Positions 10,417 through 27,270 of a DNA stretch of 64,000 nt are shown here, piece by piece. Position 1 is the stretch's first letter. Each line of letters opens with the position of its first letter. The stretch is from Fistulifera solaris (lineage: Eukaryota), in assembly GCA_030295235.1 (NCBI GenBank), contig AP026135.1, forward strand, positions 868,001 through 932,000, given 5' to 3'. Both the position numbers and the translations under genes were made by a program. Under the pieces are notes generated by a model. That model was not told the origin of the DNA. It saw only the letters and a list, made by a program, of their open reading frames with translations, and did no database searches.

Positions 10417-11171
10417 TTTTTTTTTTTTTTTTTTTTTTTTCAGAGGACATAATTTTTCACATATATATTTTATTCCTAATTTTTTAATCGTCAGAATCTA
10501 ATCTTGACATTCGACTGAATTTTCCACTTTTCATTCACATATATTTCAGTCTGACACTTCTCTGAGTAAACTTTGGTTCTAACTCCCTAGCCTTAGTGCG
10601 CTAGTAGAGGGCCAGTCCCGAGCCCGTTTCCCAATGAGGGGGATTCCGTTTTGGCATTCCTTCTCTTGGATTTCGCGAGAAGCATACTAACTGACCTGAC
10701 CAGGGAAAGACTCATGCGCGCCCGGATGAAGCCACAGATCTCGGAGTATGGCTTGTTCCACTTCCGCTGAAGTTTTCTTGCAAGCTGTCTCGATGCTGAA
10801 ATAGCCTGTTGTCCCATCATTCCGTCAATGGAAAAGACCAGGGGAGTGAAGTCTCGTCTGCGTTCGTGGCAAGGGGGTCCGTACATGCTACGCTTTTCAC
10901 GCTCTTGAGAAGCCAGAACCTTAATCGGGTCACGGTTTCTGTATGACGGTGCGTCGGTATCAGTAACTCGGACATCGAAAATGGTCGTTCGTCTCTCATT
11001 CCAAAAAGCCATAGGCCGAAACATCTCCCTCGAAGCTCTTGAACCTGTGTACTGTTGTTGCTGTTGCCAAATGTGTGAATGGTAGGCTCATCAGCGAACA
11101 GATTTGGGTCCAAAGGCTTGCGTGCAAAGAGACATGAATTCCGCTTTCAGATCGTCGTGTCTCTGGATCAA
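10417..11171 (-). mobile_element. 5'-truncated non-LTR retrotransposon with restriction-like endonuclease (CRE/R2-type), copy 1
   Basis: T24 on + strand is the poly(A) tail. With frameshifts the minus strand reads IQRHDDLKAEF...EPTIH...LRGDVSAYGFW...IFDVRVTD...EREKRSMY...FTPLVFSIDG (RHD / R-D / D / K-Y RLE motifs). Near-identical copy at 62159-62872. Confidence 0.88.
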
Positions 11172-11736
11172 CGGTCGGCATTTTTGTCTCATGACTACTC
11201 ATGACGACTCACGACTTGAAGCGACAGCTGCGGTCTGTCCTTAAGTCCGGATAAACGGATGCGAACAAACAAAGACGCGTCAAAACAAGTCAAATAAAAT
11301 AATAATGACCGTCGCAACCATTGTACTATAGCCGATTGTACTGTAGCCGATGTGACCTGAATCTTCCGATGCTACATTTTGTACGCAGTACTTGTACGCA
11401 GCAAGACGACCTCTCTTGGATCGGAGTGTCGGGGCTGACGTTGTATGGTATCAAATGTACCAGCGAGCATGCGCCCGTGGATTGGGGGACTTCGCAATCC
11501 TCTCTCAATCCCTCCCTGGTTCCACCGCGATGCGACGGGCCAGCAACGAAAAACTACACAACATTTGCCATCGTCGTGGCTGGATGGATGAAACGAAACA
11601 TTCCATACTTGTACCAGTTACATACAGAGTCATAAGATAGGCACGGCCTATTCCGTCTCTTCTTCTTCACAACAACATCAACAAACAAGTGATAATAATT
11701 CGATTACTACTACTACTATTACTACTAATACAAAGT

Positions 11737-15847
<4,111 letters not shown>

Positions 15848-15930
15848 AGCGAGAAACACAACGATGAGAGTTCTAGTAAATCAAAGATATTTCGTTAATT
15901 GAAACTTATAAATTCTCACTTATCCAAACG

Positions 15931-16815
15931 TCACTTAGCAAAATGCTTGCGCATACAATTAGAACTCGGCGAATGCTGAACGGCGCTCCGCAGCTCCAAG
16001 GGGCACTGGGAAGAGCCACGATAGGAAGCATCCTTTCTCCTTTTCTGGAACTTCAAGGTTCGCTTACGAAGCATTTCCCACTCTGTCGGGATTTCAATTC
16101 CGTCTTGGTACTCAGCTTGTTGAATGATTGTTTTCAATACGCGAATGATAAGATCCGATTCGAAGAGCGCAATGTCATCATCGCCGTCGCCGAACTTCGT
16201 TTTGACATAGAAGCAGAAGCACGGATTCATTTTAATCGCCATGTCGATGAATTCAAGAATTTCCATGTCTTCCAACTCACGATAACCGGCTTTCCCGTTG
16301 TACGATACCCGAAACCAGACCGTATCTCCCGACAGGTGCTCTCGATCGTAGACCTCAATGGTCCAAGAATACTTGCGATAATCTGCGATGGCAATCGGAT
16401 AGTCTTTGAGATCCCACACTTCTTCCTCCCATTCTTCTCCTGTCACCACAGACACGTCGGATGAGACGGTGCTGGAGTCGTCATGAGACAGAATCAACTC
16501 GAAAGACGGCGTTTCCTCGGGTTGATGGGGAACAATGGGGATCAAACGACGCATCGGGTGCATATGCTCTTTCAAGTCGGCATCATCACTGGTTGCCTTT
16601 GGCTTGTCTTCACTGTCGGAAGAAGTATTCAGCATTATCTGTTCGGCCATGTCCTTCCGAACGAGAGCTTTGGCTTGCTCCTGCAACAAGAGGGCCTTGC
16701 GAGACGACCCGATCTTCTCCGTCATATCATCATGAAAGTTGAAGACTGGCATGAAGCGAACAAGCTTTGGTTTGGGAAGCAATCGGAGGTCGGATACCTG
16801 CATTTGAGTGCTCAT
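15931..16815 (-). CDS. Hypothetical protein (294 aa)
   Basis: Long ATG-initiated ORF with natural composition, convergent with the previous gene; no family recognised. Confidence 0.65.
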   Translation of the reverse strand: MSTQMQVSDLRLLPKPKLVRFMPVFNFHDDMTEKIGSSRKALLLQEQAKALVRKDMAEQIMLNTSSDSEDKPKATSDDADLKEHMHPMRRLIPIVPHQPEETPSFELILSHDDSSTVSSDVSVVTGEEWEEEVWDLKDYPIAIADYRKYSWTIEVYDREHLSGDTVWFRVSYNGKAGYRELEDMEILEFIDMAIKMNPCFCFYVKTKFGDGDDDIALFESDLIIRVLKTIIQQAEYQDGIEIPTEWEMLRKRTLKFQKRRKDASYRGSSQCPLELRSAVQHSPSSNCMRKHFAK

Positions 16816-17283
16816 GGTGATGTCTTGATGGGTCTGCTTTGACTAACTAGCTTTTATGTCGAGTGAGTATACTCGATTGATTTTTGTGAGACAAACTCAT
16901 CGCACTCCCTTCCGAACACACGACCCAACAAATTGTAAACTGGATCCGTTTTCAATATAAAAACCGCATCGTTCGTTACTTTTTGAAAGACCCGTTTGCG
17001 ATTTGCTTCTTCGTTGCAACAAAACTTGGAAACGGAAACTGCGAGCGGTTTTCTTCGTTTCAAAATTGAGTCTTGCTTCGAAAGCAACATCCGGGTACTC
17101 ACTGTGTCGATCAATTTCCTTACGAGAGTTACGTGAAAGCTACGTTCCAGGTAGACTTTAGAGCGCGTGATGACCATGAAAATAATACTACGTAATGATT
17201 ATTTCAAGTCCTATCGCAAAACATGGCCGATGGCATCACGCCCTATTTCGTTGTCATGAGCTTCAGAGAGCTAGTAGAAAATC

Positions 17284-18617
17284 ATGCCAAGTCATACTCC
17301 TTTGAGACGAAACGTGGAAGGATGCGATTGGGAGGCCACAAATTGTCAATTTGTGCTGTGGGACGATGGACACATTCCCGTCCATGTACGTCGACACGAG
17401 GACTTCCAACCAACCCTTCTTGTGCGTGACCCTACTTATCATCAACAGCATCAAAGCGAAGTTTATACAATTGATGACTCGGTTCATGAATCATTGGTCG
17501 ACGCAATCTACGAATACACAGTACAACAATCAACTCCTTGGGGTGCATACGTTCGGATCCACCAAATTCAAGAAGAATGGAACCGACACGGAGTGTCTTA
17601 CGCTCTTCCCGCATCGTCTTCGGTTTTAAATAGTAAGGAAAGACCTTTGAAAGAAGAAGACATTGTCGTCAAGGTAGCTGCTGCTTATTTTCATCGCGTC
17701 TTACAAGTCTTTCAAGACGAGAAAGACCATTCTGCTTCCAATGTCATGAAAGATGCTCATGGAATAGCGATATGGGGTCTAGCAGCGAAAGAGGGATCTC
17801 AGGTCACGTATCATTTAGATTATGCGGAGCAACTTCGGTATCAATTCAATGTCATAGTTCCACCGATTTACGCCGGAACTCTTCAATGCAGTAAGATGGC
17901 CAACATGGTTGGAGGTTGCTACTGTGTTCACACGGCGGGCCTCCAACATTACGAGAAATACGGCTTCAAGGGCAAGAAATGTGGAAATGGGAACGTTACA
18001 GAAATGCTGAAAGACGAGTATTCGGAAGGTCGATGGTTGACGATTCCGTACCGCTACAATCGAATGATCGTACAAAGGGGACATTTGCCACACCTGAGCA
18101 CTCCCATTGAATCGCTACCGCTTGGACAGCAGCGTGTCATTGTGGGCTTTAACGTGTTCCGACACGACGTGGGACCCTTTGTCGAACGAGCACCGGAACA
18201 TTCTTCGGCATTTCGTCGTAGAATAGCGTTACAAGGTATTTTGGAACGAAACATTGCTGGTCAAGCATTGTCGCTGGATTCGGTCCGCAGTAATCCCGCG
18301 CTGGCTAAACTCTTGGTGCAAGCGAAACGCCTCAAGATCAAGAATGAGCTACTGCTTCAACAAAAGATATTAGACGAGCGTGTCGATTTCATTCTGAAAA
18401 AGAGAGCCCACAATGTGTGGGTGATCTCATCAAAGGTCTTGCACGGCAAGACGGAGAATGGCCGAATGCTGACGATGTCCACGTTCACATCCATCGTCGA
18501 TGTAAAGAAGGACGATGGATGTCAATTTTACAAAGCGAAAATGAACCCATGCAGCAAAAACTCATGACAACTATGGCATGGATATCCTTATCTGAGCCGA
18601 ATAATGAAAGTTTATAA
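17284..18617 (+). CDS. Putative 2OG-Fe(II) oxygenase-superfamily protein (frameshift near 18417)
   Basis: HxD (YHLDY), distal His (YRYNRMIVQRGHLPH) and RVIVGFN follow the jelly-roll motif order. The C-terminus continues in ORF 18417-18617. Confidence 0.6.
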
Positions 18618-18779
18618 ACATGACAGGTAAAACTTTTACTTAGCTCCGGACTCTTGGACTCCATCTTTACATTTCTTTGAAACAAATTACAATTTTTGGC
18701 AACAAGCCCATACGTCAGAAAAATGATCCAAAGTAACTCCGGCCGGATAAAACAGTATCCGTTTCTCCATCTTCGTTCT

Positions 18780-19340
18780 TTATTTCGGCTGACAAACTAT
18801 TCCTTCGTCGTTCCACAATCGCATGATCGTTCGTCGGATCCCATTTTGAACTTTCCGGCTTGCAAAAGGTGGTCGTTTCTTTTGAAAATACAAGACGGGC
18901 CGCGTACATGTTTGCGGATCACAATCTTTCGTTTGCGTGGCTCCGCAGTACTCACAATCTTTGGGCGTCATGTAAACACCAGGTATCGCCGGAGGGTCCT
19001 CCTCCGCCGTACACTGTTCTTGAAAAAACGACAGAAAGTCCAGCGGCCTTCGACAATGCTGCAAAAAAAGAGAGAAAGAGAGAGAGAGTTATGAAAGGGT
19101 AAGAGTTGTCCTTTCGACTTTTCAAAAGTACACAGCAACTACGAAACGTACGGTTAACATTTCCAATTGCTGTTCGAGTCCTACCGTGTTGCAAGCCGGA
19201 AGACACGACGCTTCTTGGTCCCTGGGCATGAAACCCTGACAAGTACTGTCCATGAATCTCATAATAAAATCATCCCCGTCCAAGTCGAAAAAATCGTCGC
19301 GTTTGGAATCATCGTACGTGTCGAAGGAAGTGTTCGGCAT
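18780..19340 (-). CDS. Small two-exon Cys-rich hypothetical protein (exons 19340-19152 and 19058-18780)
   Basis: A GTACGT donor and a pyrimidine-rich TTTTGCAG acceptor join the two ORFs in frame. CEYC...C...C cluster. Confidence 0.6.
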
Positions 19341-20086
19341 ATTTTGTTTTTATATACAATTGGTTCCATAAAATGCAACTACCGAAATTTATCATGGATT
19401 GTATGTGCAAACGAATGAGCAGATAATTTGGATTGTCGTGTTGTATTCTCGTAAGTAACGGGAGACAGCAATATTGTTATCTCGTCAGAAGGATCAAAGC
19501 ATAGGAGGCAGCCGGGGCGGTGGGAGCTGGGAGCATGAAAAGGGACTTACCTGGTAGCGTCGTTGACGTTGATGATCATCATGCGGATGAATTTATTTTG
19601 CGACTACCAGGTACCTGGTACCAGGTACAATTGACGACTATGAAAACAAGTGGAGATGCAGACGCTCGAATTATCGCCGCAATGTGTCTTTTTCCTAGTC
19701 TGAAACCTCTTCTATACCTGTTCGGATACCGAAACGACTTCGAATTGGGGCAATCAGTCCCGGTAATCGTCGATCTTTTAGTCACGATCCTGAACGAGGA
19801 AAGAGTCTGTCCGTCTGTATACCTACGACTTTGATTCATTCTCTGTACGACATTTAGTACCGTTTTCATTTTTGCTACATTACAACGTATTTAACAAATT
19901 CTCAACACGAAAATATTTAACTACTTGTACTAATCCGTCGAATTCTGCAAGGGGATTGACCAATGGCACCAGTTAAGGTAAAATTTCGAATTTTGCCTTT
20001 TCTCGTCGAACAACTAGCATTTATTATTTCTTCTAACTGACAAACATGAAGAGCCATTACAACAATGTTTAACGCTTCATAAAGCA

Positions 20087-20815
20087 ATGAGCACATCATC
20101 TGTTCACATACACAAGCGATCGACACGGGAACGAAGTTGGATCGAGCGAGCCATTATTCTTTTCTTTCATTTTCATCCTCATTTTGCCGACCAACAACTC
20201 AACGTCACGAGCGGAGTATTCGATATTAAAGCGAAAACAATCTACCACTGGTTTCATTACAAAGAAGTTATAAACAAATGGAAGGACATTGTACTCGGAT
20301 TGACGGTCCAGATGGTGTTAGAAGCTTTGCCCAAGCGAAAGGATCGAGAAATGTACGCAACCCGATTTACCGCAGCCGAGCTCGTGCAAAGTATACCCGC
20401 AGCCTGTTTGCCCTCCGCTCCGATTCTTTCGGACGCAAAAGATCCTGGCTCCCGTGGGAGCAACAAGCTCACATCAGAAACAACGAGCGTTAGCACAGGC
20501 CAGCAAAGACGAATATGTGTATCTGAAAAACAGCAAAAGCGTGTCCATACCACGAAACACCGAGTCACCAAATTCGCTGTCGAAGAACGTTGGTTGATCG
20601 AGCAGATCCTTAATGCCAAGGAACGACGCACTTTTTATACAATGAACGAGTTGCGGAACATGGTGCGTCATCAATTCACGCAGGGCAAGTTGTACGAATG
20701 TCACATCCGCGATCTGGAGAGTGGCGCGAAAGATTCGAAAGGATTAAATCAATGGCTCCGTCGGACTCTACAACAAGTGAATTATACGCCCAAGAAGCAA
20801 CCGAGCATTTTGTAG
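20087..20815 (+). CDS. Putative CENP-B/pogo-type HTH DNA-binding protein lacking a DDE domain
   Basis: N-terminal HTH-like FDIKAKTIYHW and a C-terminal KFAVEERWLIEQI...TMNEL...NQWLRR pattern resembling the CENP-B-type HTH. Confidence 0.45.
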   Translation: MSTSSVHIHKRSTRERSWIERAIILFFHFHPHFADQQLNVTSGVFDIKAKTIYHWFHYKEVINKWKDIVLGLTVQMVLEALPKRKDREMYATRFTAAELVQSIPAACLPSAPILSDAKDPGSRGSNKLTSETTSVSTGQQRRICVSEKQQKRVHTTKHRVTKFAVEERWLIEQILNAKERRTFYTMNELRNMVRHQFTQGKLYECHIRDLESGAKDSKGLNQWLRRTLQQVNYTPKKQPSIL

Positions 20816-20881
20816 AGATCGCGTTTCATTGTAGCTATACCAATAGCTTAGAGAAAGTAAATGACTAGTGATTACTTTGCT

Positions 20882-23800
20882 CTAGTGGAAAGTTCTGCGA
20901 CGGTAAAAGAGAACATAGGCTGCTGGAGTAACGATCGCGTCGTTGGCATTCGGGACAGGTCGGACACTGGAATCGTCAAAGAGACACCAGTCATCTGAAA
21001 TTCCAGTTCGTTCGTTCCACGATCGAGCAAACGCCGTATAGTGGCCGGCGCCCAGTCGTCCGTAATGATTGGTCACCGCAAACAAATCGTATATTGCTGG
21101 AACATAGTTGTGCGTAAAGCTGTCCTTCTTGGACGCGCAGTGCCGACTCATGTCGAGTGACGCCAGCGGGAAGTCTACAAAGGTATCCAGCTTGTCGCGG
21201 CGGAGGATATTCTTGAATTCGAAACGCTTCAAGTGAACTATTAGTACGTTCGGGAGGCGCCAGAGTTCCATGGTTTTCATGGCTTGCACATGCTCTTTAC
21301 AACTCGAACAATACCATTTGTTGTTTTCATCCAGTCGTTCCGGTGTCGTGAAGGCGTCAAAGCACTGATCGAGTGTCACGCCAACTTTGGGGGCCGCCAT
21401 TTTACGCCGGGACGCTTCGACCCAACTTGGATGATCGTCGAACATAGCAAAGCGATCACGATCTATCTGGCCCGGATAAACCGTAGACCAGTCCAAGGAC
21501 AAGAAAACGTACGGCTCAGATGCAATGTGCCCGAGTATATTCACCAGTTTTTCTTCCGAGTCTGATGGAACATATGGAGAGAGTTGCTCATTGTCGGACG
21601 GGAAAAGACATAGACTTCTCCCTCTCCCATCATGTAAGCGGATTTTTAACAAGTTTCGTTGATCATTGTTTTCTCCGTTGTCGTTAGAAACAAGGTGCGC
21701 CACTTTACTCCATATATACTCGTGGACCTCTTTGCACGTTGCCTGAACCGTACAGGTTGTCAAGAAGGGGATTCCAAGAGGCTCTGCCTTCACGTCGCTA
21801 TCCGAAAACTCTAAATCAGCGCCTTCCACCACGACATGGCTAGCAACTATCTGTAAGACTGCCCCAGCGTGCTCAACTTCATAGGCAACGATGAAATCAT
21901 CAGAACGTATATCCGACACAGGGTTAAAAATCTTGGGGCGTCCGACAATGACATGATTCATGACTTCACACATGATTAGCTTTTCTGCTGCGAGCCCTGA
22001 GAGTTCAGCCAAAATTGCGCGTAGATCTGCAAGAGTTGCATTGCGCCGAATGTCGACGCTATAACGCGTTGGATTTTTTCCGCTACCAGCAGGGTATACC
22101 CAAATGGAAACAGGTATGATAGCATTCTTCGCTTGCGGTATTTCCAAACTCACGTGGTTAAATGCATCGAACGACAATGAGACGCGATTGCAGTCAGGAC
22201 AGACGCACGTGCTTTTGAACTGTCCATAAAATGTATCCATAACCAAGCTGTCGTTTCTCCGGCAATGAGCTTCCCAAGCTCGTGCAGCTGCAATATTCAT
22301 ATCTTGACCATCCGTCACATCCGGCATTTCCACGTAAGGTGCTTTTCGAATGCGGTTCAGATCTTCGTGCAGTCCGTCAAGAAAATAAGCTAAAAATTCT
22401 TGGGAGTCGTGCTGAATATATCCAGCAAAACGTGGGGCGAACAGTCCAATCGCACGTTTCAGAGCGCTTGGGCTCGTTGATGATTTTCGATTCGCATTCC
22501 ACCACATATCCTTTAACACTACCGCATAGGCGTCCGCCAGCCTTCCGCCGGTACCAAGAGGATTGTCTGGATTCAAATCGAGTTTGTAGGCCCCTGACAA
22601 AAAGTGTCTTGTCAAAGGAACCGTGTGACTTAGCGCTTGCAAGGCCGAATTCATGAAGCAAGTATTTCCTAAATTGTTGAGTCCCACACGACAGGCTCCG
22701 TCGTGGTATGCAATCGCTTGTAAGTCACCGGGCTGCTTCTTGCACTCGAGTTTATGGAACGGCCAATGACTTTCTTGGCAGGAACGATTGCAGTACCGCG
22801 CTCGAAGGCACCTCTGACACCGAGATGTTGCTCTACAAGCCCCGCACGCAGAACACGGTGACGGTTCATCCGGGCTATTTTGTTTATCGGTCGTTGCATC
22901 CTTACCGCCATTCATGAATAACTCCAAGTCCCCTGGTGTGAAATACAATGGCAGAACCAGGTTGCCTGTCGGTGTGTTGACGACACGTCGACAAATAGGC
23001 GAAGACAATTCGCCATACCATGTACGAAGAGCGGAATACACTTCACGTGGAATAGCTTCAGAGTGATAGCCTCGGACCATATTTGGCTTCAAAACGGGTG
23101 ACAACGATAACGATGACACAAATTCAGTTTCGTCTTTGATCAAATTCTCCTTGTCGTTATCGGTTGATTCCACGGTGGCTACATGTTCTTTGTAAGGCTT
23201 GTACCAATCCGCAAAGAATGCGTCGCGAGTATTGGTACCTATTTTTCCGGGAGTTCCAGAATGAGTCTTGAATTATCTATGGGTCCCGGCGGAACGTGCT
23301 CGTCATCATCCTCGTCCATACTATCATCATCGCTGTCCTCATCTCGTGGGTCGAGCGGACATGCCGCCGGTAGTAGCGACTGGATGTCACAACTGGATGG
23401 CGTCGGCAAGTTCTTTTGCGGCACCAATCCCACGTATCGACACCAGTTGTACCACCAGTCCCAGTCCAACAAGAAAAATGCTTCTCCTTCCAACGCAATG
23501 TCGGTCGAGTCGTTGTGATCCGCCGAAGCAAGACACGTACGGCGATTCGTCAGTAGCAACAGCACCGTTGAACGCTGTTCCGCCGGTGTTGGATGCTGTA
23601 TACCCACGGCTCCTTTTGTCGATATTCATGAATTGTTTTTGCAGTCTTGCCTTCAATTGTGCAATGGATTTCTTCATGCCAGCGTCGGTGGGCTGTGGAT
23701 TATTTTCAAATATTTGAATACATTCTTGTAAATCGTTTTGCCCCAATATCAAGATCTCGGTCGCTAGTTGATATCGTAGTTGCTTTTCACGTTGCTCCAT

Positions 23801-24479
23801 TTGTTGTTGCGTTGTTGTTTCTATTGTAGAAGCTTCCGATTGAATTGTATTTATTATCGACGCCCCATTGGTTTTCGACAAATCCACCTCTTTATCGAGA
23901 CTCATTGTAGCAGAAACAGAAGTTGCATCTAGGCTTGGTTCCGAGTGATTTCGATCCGAGTGATGCGTTCCATTGGTAGAAGTGTCGCTCACGGAAGATG
24001 GTTTCCCATTCACTGCGGCCGAATTGTCGCCCCCTACTAGGGATGGTTTCACCACGGCGGCAATCATTTGCCGCGCTCGTCCTTCCCGAGCCAGTGCACG
24101 TCGGTAATAGATTTTCGCAGACCCTGGATTTCGTAATGCCGCCGTACAATCCCTCTCGGCTTCTTCAAATCGTTCCAACTTTAAGAACATGAAGGCTCGA
24201 TTCGAATAAAGAGCATTTTGCAATTCGATGTGTTGCGGTTGCAACGAATGGTTGATGTTGTCGAAACACGCCAATCCTTTAGCGTATGCTTCCAGTGCTT
24301 TTAAATATTCTGTTTGCTGCACGTAAGCGTTACCGGCTTGTTTGTGTGTTTGTGCCTCTTGTTCCCAAACAGGGTTGTTGGCAGCCAACGGCGGCGTCGG
24401 ATGGTCATCGGATTTGTGGGGCGGCGCCTTGTGTGTGCCTTTTTTTGCTGCGGTTGCTTTTTTTCTTTTTGTATCCCAT
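20882..24479 (-). CDS. Ubiquitin-specific protease (C19) with TPR, DUSP-like and MYND domains (frameshifts in 23170-23550 and near 24460)
   Basis: Cys box GLNNLGNTCFMNSALQ, QHDSQEF, His box YDLFAVTNHYG..GHYTA, MYND (CSAC..CQRC..YCNRSCQ..HW..HK..C), three TPRs (KQAGN..Y..ALEAY; LYSNRA; KIYYRRA), DUSP-like FFLLDWDWWYNW...PPGPIDNSRL. Confidence 0.92.
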
Positions 24480-25402
24480 CTTCTTGCCGAATTGAGTAAA
24501 CGCTGATCTTTCCAGTCAGTCAATCCGAATCTATGATATTATATTTTGGTTGCATTATTTATTATTTAGTCTAGGATGACAATTGATAATGGCTTACCAG
24601 GTAAAGTTGATGATCATTCGTTCCGCCATCCAATCAATCCATTGGTGGTACGACATCATCTGCCGCTCACCCTGCTCCGGCTCCCTCATGAGTCTATAAA
24701 ATAAGTCCGTTCGAGCAAGAGAGGAAAAAAGTAGATAGAATATTACAAGCAAAGTCACTTCAAAAGAGTAACAAGAGGGTGTTTCATCGCAAATGCAAGA
24801 TAAATCATATAGAGTCAATTATTTGCAAATAACAAACAAGAAACGAAATAACTCATGACTCAAAATCAGTCGTGGCAAAAGCTCGCCTTCATTTTGGGGT
24901 TATAGTAAATGAAATACTGGTACATGTACAATGGGCCTAAAAATACACGTTTGCTAACCTTACCAGTAACCTTATTGCCCTTCATGTCGATGAAACGCGC
25001 AACGCAGTCTTCAAGTTTTGCACAGTACTTGTAGTTCATCTTTTGCTTTTGATCTTGATGGAAAAGCGCGGTAGCTGCTGTGATTCGAATGAAGTTTTTG
25101 AAGGGAGACTTCCGTTAGGTCTCCAACCAGGGTGAACCTCTTCCGATAGCTCTCCCGTTAGGAGAGACGTTAACTGACTACATTCAACTTTACAGTAGAG
25201 TACGCGCCATTGGATGTGGTACTAATTACTTAAAGGCCTTCCATCCATCATTAGTTCTACTTAGGTCACGCACAATAACCGCACAATCGTTCGCGTTGTG
25301 CGTTTGTTCCGTTCCGACTGCCGACAAGATGATCAGAACGCTGCATTCCTTATTGTCATAGTTGCCCTTCCGTTCCTACTGTTGCTCTTTTACAACATTA
25401 AC

Positions 25403-27270
25403 ATGTCGATCATTGAAACGAAGGGCGGCGATCATTCGTCACGATTATGCAAAAATATGGGGCACTTCCTCCAACCGGTCCGTATGATTTTGAAAAGTTT
25501 CTCTATGACAAACCGATCCCTGAGGATGATCAGGAGCTTCTCCGCAGCATCGCTTTTGTGTAATGCGATCGAAAGCTCTTACGAGATGTCAGCAAGCACG
25601 GAGAAAGCCCTTGCTACGTGTGCACTTGCTGCAAAACGTTCTCACTTAAGTTCAAGGAAGAAAACGGCGAACTTCGATTGCTACGACCATCCTAGTACTA
25701 ACTTCAGGCACAGTTTGTTTTGCACTCCAACAAACGACCTCCCAAAGGACTGCCGCAGAAAATCAATGATAGTGCAGAACATTCCTGCTGTTCAAGACTT
25801 CTTCAAAACATGCTTCCAGGCACCAAACTTCGACAGTCATGCTACTCGCAAGAATCTCAACGCCGTCCTCAGGAAAGAGGGTTTCGACATCGAAGTTGGC
25901 CCGACAATGCATTCAAATCTCAAGAAACACTTCCGTGAGGTCTACCGAAAGGATTTGTTGATGTACAATGAGCTGTTGGCCCAGTATCTTCGGAAATATG
26001 TCGAGCTAAATCCAAATGCCTCCGTCAATTTAGAAACTGACCAGAACTCATGCTTTTTCGGTCAACTGTGTTCATTGAGAATGCCGCGCACTTCTTTAGA
26101 AATGCCTGCATTCCTGCAATCTTTTAGACGGAACACACATCCGTATACCCGAACACGATGGAATTGGAGTCCCGATCATAGGGGTCGATGGAAATGGAAG
26201 TAACATTCCACTTGGTTTTGGGTTGATTCCCTCGGAAAACAAGCAAGGGATGATATATATCCTTCTCATGATGTATCAAGCTGGGTTCAATTTCGAAGAG
26301 TTTCCAGTATTCACTGACCGAGGACACATTCTCGCCGCTGTCCGAGCGTTGGCAGAACATTATGGACTGGTTGTTTCCGTGAAGTATTGCTTGATTCATA
26401 TTCTTCAAACATTTACCATCTATTCAATATCAATCAACGATCGCTGAGAGGGCAGAGCGGTCGCTTGGTTTATGCGAGATGCAAAGCTCCAGATGTTAAC
26501 GCCTTCTTGGATGCTGCGAAGAAGCTTGTCAAAGCGCTTCCACAAATTGAAGAAAACGAAACTCTTAGTACCGGTGCGCTAATTGTTATCTATGTTCTTG
26601 GGACAATTCATCCTACTCATTGGACTGTGTTTGGAAATACACCGAGTCAACATGAATCTATGTGGGAGCCCCTATATTTTACCTATCTAGCTGAAGTGAA
26701 TGGCTTCACAGAGATAAGTGGAGACGTCGGCGAATGGAGGTGGTTGCTCAACGATCACGTGCCAGTTGGAAACAAGTTCCCTTTATATGGTTTCTGTTCA
26801 ACAAATCATGTCGAATCGGCCCAGCAGTGGCTTCTACATCATGAAGTGAGGACTAATACCCCTCCACTAGCCATTTCTAACTTTTTGATGGCGGCTGCCG
26901 AATCTCTTCGACAATTTCGAGATGAAATAACAACCAAATCTGCTAGGTTCCTCACCATATACTTTCGAAGCTTGCAAGATACAGGCAATGAAGATCTAGA
27001 TTTTGTAATAGAGGATGCTGAAGGATGCCCGATGGCAGTTTGAAATTCAAATTGTACGCTGAAAAGCACAAGAAGACGGAGTATGTTACTTATGAACCCA
27101 CGAGCACTCCGTCCCTGTACTGCTCCTGCAGTAGAACAGCGATGCGGGAAATCTACTGCGGCCACATCAACCTTGTTTCACGTGACAAGATCCTCAACTT
27201 GGCCCTCAATCCCACCCTCTGTGTTTTCGCAATTCTACGAAGAGTTTGGAAAAGTTCCGACAAGTGGTGA
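25403..27270 (+). pseudogene. MULE transposase + SWIM, disrupted
   Basis: Catalytic motifs are spread over at least four reading-frame fragments (25298-26203, 26223-26447, 26387-27043, 27025-27270). Confidence 0.85.

Noticed and set aside
10461..11158. Segmental duplication with 62183-62872
   Set aside because: Similarity stops at the element boundaries and the flanks and poly(A) junctions differ, indicating independent retrotransposition.
25090..25125. Sm-site-like AGTTTTTGA plus hairpin as an snRNA 3' end
   Set aside because: No recognisable U1, U2, U4 or U5 sequence upstream; kept only as the hairpin observation.
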